In this document: piece by piece, positions 58,598 through 64,000 of the stretch
How the letters are laid out: every line of letters begins with the position of its first letter
Position numbering within the stretch: the stretch's first letter is position 1
From: Candidatus Bathyarchaeota archaeon
GTDB lineage: Archaea > Thermoproteota > Bathyarchaeia > Bathyarchaeales > Bathycorpusculaceae
DNA: 64,000 nt
NCBI GenBank assembly: GCA_963832745.1
Contig: CAWHVC010000003.1
Coordinates: forward strand, 544,001 to 608,000
Direction of reading: 5' to 3'
The notes under the pieces: generated by a model
What the model saw: only the letters and a program-made list of their open reading frames with translations
What the model was told of the DNA's origin: nothing
Database searches by the model: none
Made by a program: the position numbers and the translations under genes

Positions 58598-59296
58598 ATG
58601 AGTTCTGAAGATGACTCGTTACACAAGATTCTGAAGGATAAAACAAGAAGAAAAATCATACTCTTGCTAAATGAAAAAGGTAGTTTGAGTTATACCGATT
58701 TACTTGATGGTTTGGAAGATGTTAGCACTGGACTATTGAATTACCACTTAAAAGTTCTTGACGACCTTTTGGCAAAGACTGAGACGGGACAGTATGTTCT
58801 TACAGAAAAGGGTAAGATTGCGTTACGACTGTTGATAGAGTTTCCTAACGGCGGCAGTCTTGGACGGCTGCATAAATGGGAGCGTAAGTTTTGGGTAGCG
58901 GCGCTTATGGTTGCTGTCGGTTTGTTGGTTACTCATTTTGTGGCATATTTTTTAGGTTACATTGATTTAAGTGGCATATACCGAGGTTTGCTTTGGATTA
59001 TTCCTGCTATAAGTGTCGTTTACCTTATTGAACATGTACTGAGAGACCTTGTGTCGCTAAAAATCCGTTCAAAGTATTTGATTGCTAACTATTATGCTAG
59101 GGGATTAGTTTTTGGTTTGTTGCTATGGTTTGCCTTGACTATCGGTTTAGGCTTAGGCATATCAAGTGGGCTAATAAGTCTGGCTTTTCTTGGACGCGGA
59201 GGCCAAATCACTTTACAAATAGGTAGCCTAATAGTATGTTGCGCAATAGGTTCGTTAATTAACAAATGGCAATGTGGGTCTCCACCAACTGAGTAA
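58598..59296 (+). CDS. winged-helix (ArsR-like) regulator with C-terminal TM helices
   Basis: LKDKTRRKII.LL.EKG.LSYTDL......STG.LNYHLKVL, then about 4 TM. Confidence 0.8.
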   Translation: MSSEDDSLHKILKDKTRRKIILLLNEKGSLSYTDLLDGLEDVSTGLLNYHLKVLDDLLAKTETGQYVLTEKGKIALRLLIEFPNGGSLGRLHKWERKFWVAALMVAVGLLVTHFVAYFLGYIDLSGIYRGLLWIIPAISVVYLIEHVLRDLVSLKIRSKYLIANYYARGLVFGLLLWFALTIGLGLGISSGLISLAFLGRGGQITLQIGSLIVCCAIGSLINKWQCGSPPTE

Positions 59297-59326
59297 GCAC
59301 CTTTTAGCCTACTTTAAAAAGAAAGG

Positions 59327-60688
59327 TTATTTGCCGATTACTCGGACATTCTCCACTTCAATCCACGGCGCAATCAAACCGCCCACTTGCCGCTCATTGC
59401 TGCCGACAACAGTGATGTTTTTCAGAACCTCAAAAATGTTGCCTGCAAGCATGACGCCTCTTGAAGCGTAATCGATTTCGCCGTTTTTGATTTTCCATGC
59501 CGGCGTTGCTACAACTGAGAATTCGCCGCTGACTGGGTTGCTGCTGTGTGCACCTTGCAAGTAATAAACCAGTAACCCGTCATCAACTTGCCGTAGCATG
59601 TCATCTGCTGAGAGGGTTCCCGGCATGACGTGGAAGTTTGTTGTGTCAATGCCCGGAGTAGACAGGTAACCTGCACGTGACGCGTTGCCAGTGCTTTCCT
59701 TGCTTTCTTTTTTGGCAGCATAATTGTCGTAAATGAAATTCTTCAGAATCCCTTTCTCGATTATCGGAGTTTTTCTATGCGGTACGCCTTCGCCATCAAA
59801 AAGCCAAGTCCTCATGCCGCCCGGATATAAGCCGTCATCGTAAATAGTCAAGTTTTCAGAAGCGACTTTTTCGCCGATTTTTCCTTTAAACGGTGACTGA
59901 CCCCGCTGTACACTATCTGCCCTAACGGCGTTAATCAGGGTGTAGCTGAGCAGGTCTTGCAGGGCAAACTGTGTTAAAATTAGTTTGGTAGTTTTGGTTT
60001 CGATTGACTTGTTTTTTAGGGCTGAAACTGAGAGTTTTGCAGCTTCTCTTCCAACCCATGCTGGGTCAATTTGGTAGTTTCTTGCAGCGTTAAACTCAAA
60101 ACAAATCGGCGTCACCTTGCTGCCGTCTTTGGCCAACGTGGCAAGGCTACATTCAATAACTGTGCCTTTGTCGAAGCCTAAGACGCCGTTTGAGTTGGCT
60201 ACTGCGTTGGAAATGTAAGCGTTTCCTATTCCGCCTTCAGCTGCAAAAACCTTCTTATCAACTTGGGTTGCTGAATCAATCATTGTCTGTGAAAGATTCA
60301 CTAACTCGTCAGAGCTAATCTCTAAGACTTTGTTGTCAAACGTGCCCTCCAAAGCGGCTGTATAGGACTTTTTTTGAGTAAAGCCTTTCCAGTCTGCGTC
60401 GGGTTTGCTGGCTTTAGCTGAACTTAAAGCGTTATTAACGATTTTTTCTATGGCGTTTGGATCGTTAACTATGTTCGTGTAGGCAAATCCTACTGCTTTG
60501 TTCACCACTACTCTGATGCCGACTCCTCGGTCGATAATCTGGTTAGTTTTGTTAACTTGTCCAAGCTCAATACCTATGTTGGAAGCTTGCCCCTCGTAAA
60601 CGTAAGCTTCAGCTTCAAAGGCACCTTTAGCAACTGCTGCTTGGACAGTTTTTTCCGCTATACTTAACATTTCATTTTTTTCAAGCAC
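59327..60688 (-). CDS. pmbA: TldE/PmbA family protein
   Basis: GIRVVV...[26 protein letters not shown]; lacks HExxGH; start uncertain (60688 or 60670). Confidence 0.88.
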   Translation of the reverse strand: MLEKNEMLSIAEKTVQAAVAKGAFEAEAYVYEGQASNIGIELGQVNKTNQIIDRGVGIRVVVNKAVGFAYTNIVNDPNAIEKIVNNALSSAKASKPDADWKGFTQKKSYTAALEGTFDNKVLEISSDELVNLSQTMIDSATQVDKKVFAAEGGIGNAYISNAVANSNGVLGFDKGTVIECSLATLAKDGSKVTPICFEFNAARNYQIDPAWVGREAAKLSVSALKNKSIETKTTKLILTQFALQDLLSYTLINAVRADSVQRGQSPFKGKIGEKVASENLTIYDDGLYPGGMRTWLFDGEGVPHRKTPIIEKGILKNFIYDNYAAKKESKESTGNASRAGYLSTPGIDTTNFHVMPGTLSADDMLRQVDDGLLVYYLQGAHSSNPVSGEFSVVATPAWKIKNGEIDYASRGVMLAGNIFEVLKNITVVGSNERQVGGLIAPWIEVENVRVIGK

Positions 60689-62066
60689 TGCCACCAATAA
60701 CCACCTCATTTATTCTAATGTGCGGTCCACCATCACCGATAAAAGCGGTTTGGCCTTTGCCGCATCTGCCCGAATCTATGGCGAAATCTTTGCCTACCGC
60801 ATCTACTTTTAGCAGGGTTTCAAGTGTATTGCCGCTTATTGAAGCATCCCTTACTGGGGCACCAATTTCGCCGTTAACAATTTCGTAGCCTTCTTGTATG
60901 CCAACTTGGAAGGTGCCGTCAAGATTTGCTTGGCCACCCCTAAAACTCTTAAAGAAATACCCAGACTTTACGCCTTCAAAAAGCTCTTCAAGAGTGTGGT
61001 CTCTTGGCGCCATGTAAGTATTGCGCATGCGTATTATGGGTTCTACACGGAAATCTTCTGCACGTGCGTTGCCTGTTGGTTGGGCATTAAATTTTTGGGC
61101 TGTTTCGCGGTTGTGCATAAGCCCAATTACAACGCCATTTTCTATAAGTAACGTTTTCTGTGCTGGAACACCTTCATCATCATATTTGAATGAGCCAAAG
61201 GCGCCGGGAACTGTGCCATCATCATAAAACGTTACAAGGTCTGAACCAATCTTTTTGCCCATCGCATTAAACAAAACGCCGCCTGACAATGCTAAATCTG
61301 CCTCGGCAAGATGCCCAAAGGCTTCATGAACAAACACTCCCACCACGTTTGGACCCAACACGACGGGAGCTTTACCGCCTTTAAGTGATTTAGCGGATAA
61401 CTGTTCGACTGCACGTTTAGCAGTTGTTTCGCCAATAATCTCTGGAGTTTCTGTGTCAAAGACTTCATAACCCAGCGTGGAGCCTACTTCTTCACGGCTA
61501 AAAGTAAAAACGCCCTTACTTTCAGCTGAAGCAGTGATTCTTGACCAGACATACATTTTGTCCTGCTGAATGCTACTGCCTTCACTGTTAACAAAAAAAC
61601 TGGAGCCTGTCAAGTCTAAATAGTCAACTGTGCAGCTTTTAATTCGTCCATCATAATGCTGGATTGTCTTGTTAATTTGAGCGATGTCTTTGATTTTATC
61701 TTCCACCGCTATGTCCGAGGGATTCTTTTTTGCTTTTACTTCCACGTGGTCGTTGACGGTTTTGGCTGAAGCAAGCTTGATTGGGTTTTTGAGTCGTTGG
61801 CTTGCGGTTTTAGCCATCACGCACGCGTTTGAAACTGCACCCAACAAAATGTCGCTTTCCAAAGAGCCAACAGAAGCAAAACCCCATGCACCGTTGACGA
61901 GTACGCGCAGGGCGACGCCGTTTTCGATTCCCGTTTTTGCGGCTTCTACGCGTCCTTCTTTAAGCGTTAGCATGGTTTTGTAGAGTTTTTGTGCTCTTGC
62001 CTCCGCGTAGTTTGCTTCATATTTTTGTGTTGCTTCTTGGATAATTTTTGAGAGAACTTCCTGCAA
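60681..62066 (-). CDS. tldD: TldD family metalloprotease
   Basis: [34 protein letters not shown]...GDGGPH. Confidence 0.92.
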   Translation of the reverse strand: MQEVLSKIIQEATQKYEANYAEARAQKLYKTMLTLKEGRVEAAKTGIENGVALRVLVNGAWGFASVGSLESDILLGAVSNACVMAKTASQRLKNPIKLASAKTVNDHVEVKAKKNPSDIAVEDKIKDIAQINKTIQHYDGRIKSCTVDYLDLTGSSFFVNSEGSSIQQDKMYVWSRITASAESKGVFTFSREEVGSTLGYEVFDTETPEIIGETTAKRAVEQLSAKSLKGGKAPVVLGPNVVGVFVHEAFGHLAEADLALSGGVLFNAMGKKIGSDLVTFYDDGTVPGAFGSFKYDDEGVPAQKTLLIENGVVIGLMHNRETAQKFNAQPTGNARAEDFRVEPIIRMRNTYMAPRDHTLEELFEGVKSGYFFKSFRGGQANLDGTFQVGIQEGYEIVNGEIGAPVRDASISGNTLETLLKVDAVGKDFAIDSGRCGKGQTAFIGDGGPHIRINEVVIGGSA

Positions 62067-62171
62067 GTGTAATCAAACCTTTTGTTAAAGAAACAGTTAC
62101 TAGTGGGTTTTGCGTGGATTAAATTGTTTTGTTTCTATAAAGGGAAATAGGGGTTTATTGCTGCTTCTTTT

Positions 62172-62432
62172 TTATGCCTCTATGGTGCCTATTGCATGTA
62201 GTATTCTTGTTTGTACTGGTATTGCCCCGCTGCTTAGGCAGTCTTCGAGTCCTTTGGAGAACAGGTCTAATTTGAGGCTGAACTGGTTTGGTGTTAGTTG
62301 GTAGTTGTTTTCTAAGTATTTGTATATGTAGAAGGTTCCTTTTGTTCCAAAAACTTCGGTTAGGACGTTGTTGATGATTTTGTTTATGGAGTCACCAATT
62401 TGTCTGTTACAGGTTTCCATCCATACACCCAC
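62172..62432 (-). CDS. small hypothetical protein (DUF3227-like)
   Basis: I..VL..VFG......IY.YLE....L....F..GLE..L.SGA..V pattern. Confidence 0.6.
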   Translation of the reverse strand: MGVWMETCNRQIGDSINKIINNVLTEVFGTKGTFYIYKYLENNYQLTPNQFSLKLDLFSKGLEDCLSSGAIPVQTRILHAIGTIEA

Positions 62433-62522
62433 TCGTAGTCAGAATCCGACTCCGCCAAACTAATAAGTGTTCTCACCCAACTGTCAAACAAAAAAACACA
62501 AAATTCTCCATAAAATCCATGC

Positions 62523-63818
62523 CTACCAAAAATCAGACATATTCAACTGTTGAACACGTTTCACAGCCGGCTTAACCCTAACCTGCGGCAACGATGGCAC
62601 ATCCAAAACCAGCTGCCCATAAACCCCATCATAACCCGGAGTAACCTTAAGCGCACCCTCACGCACCTTAACAATAGTCTCCGCAAGCACCCCATCAACA
62701 ACCGCTGCCAACGCCTCCTTAGACGCATCAATAAGTACCGTGTATTCATCCCCAAACTTGCCGATCAACGCATTATATTTACTCCAAACCGCCTGAGTAG
62801 ACGGCGAATCAACCCCAAGCACAGTGGCAATAATCTCCGACAAAGGCAACAAATGCATAAATTTGGGTGCGCCATCGCGTTTAAAATCGGCTGGTCTGTC
62901 CGCCAGTTCTTCCACGCGTTGCTCGACGCCTTTGGTTAGTCGTCGTCGGCAGACTGGGCAGACATTTCCAAATTTTATGGCTTCTTGTGGTGGATATGAG
63001 ACTTTGCAGTTGCGGTGGCCTGTCCAGTGGTATTTGCCGTAGGCTGGGTCAGTTTCAATAGTGAACTTTAACCGTTCTGGGTCATTAGTTTTTATTGCAT
63101 CGATGACTTGGCTGTAAGTGAATTGTTCAAGTTCAAACACGTTGGCTTCTCTGCCGATTCTCCACGGCCAAAAACTATGACAATCACTGTTCGATAACAG
63201 CGTGAAGCGGTCGAGTTTGCTTATCCGCCAGTTCATAGCAGGGTCAGAAGAAAGCCCTGTTTCCAATGCGTGAATGTGTTTTGTCATGTCTTGGTAACAA
63301 TCTTCAATGCTGTCAAAACCGCTAAACGCCCCAAAAAGGCTAAACCATGGTGTCCAAGCGTGAGCAGGAAAAACCATGTTCCAATCCGAAACCGCCATAA
63401 CTTCCTCAACAAGCTGTGGTGCAGTCATGTTCAAAATTGGCCTGCCATCCGAGGCTAAATCACCAAAACGTGTCAGCCGTTCGTTAATTTGTTCAACCGC
63501 CTCAAGACTCGGCGATAATATGACATGGTGTATCTTTTTTGATTCGCCTTTGTAATCAAAGATTGTGCAGACTTCAGTTGTAAGCATGAACCGTGTCTGG
63601 GAGTCGGGGTTGCCTGCGATTCTGAAAAGATTAGTGTCGCCGTCGGGGACGAGGGTTTGTTTTATTTCTTTTAGCCAATCTGGTTGTGTGAAGTCACCTG
63701 TGCCGATGAGGTTTAAGCCTTTGATTTTTCCGTACCGCCCAATTTCTGAAAGGTTCATTTGGCTGCTTGTGGCTCGACTGTAACGACCATGAATGTGCAG
63801 ATCAGCAATTACTCGGAT
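62523..63818 (-). CDS. endonuclease Q-like PHP-domain protein (TIGR00375-type)
   Basis: ADLHIHGRYSRATS upstream of the track start, IGTGDFT, PAHAWTPWFS, ETGLSSD, NSDCHS, GKYH..GHR.C, CPVC; start probably ATC at 63818. Confidence 0.88.
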   Translation of the reverse strand: MRVIADLHIHGRYSRATSSQMNLSEIGRYGKIKGLNLIGTGDFTQPDWLKEIKQTLVPDGDTNLFRIAGNPDSQTRFMLTTEVCTIFDYKGESKKIHHVILSPSLEAVEQINERLTRFGDLASDGRPILNMTAPQLVEEVMAVSDWNMVFPAHAWTPWFSLFGAFSGFDSIEDCYQDMTKHIHALETGLSSDPAMNWRISKLDRFTLLSNSDCHSFWPWRIGREANVFELEQFTYSQVIDAIKTNDPERLKFTIETDPAYGKYHWTGHRNCKVSYPPQEAIKFGNVCPVCRRRLTKGVEQRVEELADRPADFKRDGAPKFMHLLPLSEIIATVLGVDSPSTQAVWSKYNALIGKFGDEYTVLIDASKEALAAVVDGVLAETIVKVREGALKVTPGYDGVYGQLVLDVPSLPQVRVKPAVKRVQQLNMSDFW

Positions 63819-64000
63819 TAGACAACATCCCCCTTTTGGTACTTGAACACTTGTTAGTGTGCTTGTTTAGGGGTTTAATGGGTAGGTAATAGAAAAGCGT
63901 TGCTTATTGACTTAAGCGCATCATTTTAGTTGGTTATCAAGAAAAGATTGTTTTAAAGCTCCAAGTGCCAAAGCATTATTAATTAACCGCTCTAGGATTT

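Noticed and set aside
62441-62458. GAATCCGACTCCGCCA resembling a tRNA 3' end
   Set aside because: No cloverleaf upstream and no match to either tRNA in the window

Overview
Archaeal chromosome segment, most likely Bathyarchaeia (TACK). This assignment is inferred from class I LysRS, CTP-dependent riboflavin kinase, PAC2, UPF0147/UPF0148, ADP-forming acetate-CoA ligase, GGTGA-type Shine-Dalgarno (SD) sites, an archaeal initiator tRNA and an expanded family of ~875-aa PQQ-type beta-propeller surface proteins. Core content: his operon (hisG-D-C-B-H-A-F-I, no hisE, hisD frameshifted), lysS, gap/pgk, acdA, ribK, ino1, gcvH plus flavoprotein, a GH57/GT4 alpha-glucan cluster, tldD/pmbA, an EndoQ-like PHP nuclease, tRNA-Arg(GCG), tRNA-iMet(CAT) and a C/D-box sRNA. 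Signals the ORF track misses: (1) a dispersed 110-215 bp repeat with ACCAGC/GCTGGT ends and one TTA duplication, one copy sitting exactly where a surface-protein paralog is truncated; (2) a 95-bp identical block and shared promoter between those surface-protein paralogs; (3) an operon like B. subtilis ydjG/ydjI (Zn-ribbon plus SPFH) with an unknown helical protein and no PspA; (4) an AT-rich accessory region with micro-proteins (AbrB-like, Zn-ribbon, classical C2H2 finger), a PNGase-like transglutaminase and a possible integrase remnant; (5) probable ATT and ATC start codons; (6) three single-base +1 frameshifts that may be assembly errors. All calls are by eye; no searches were run.
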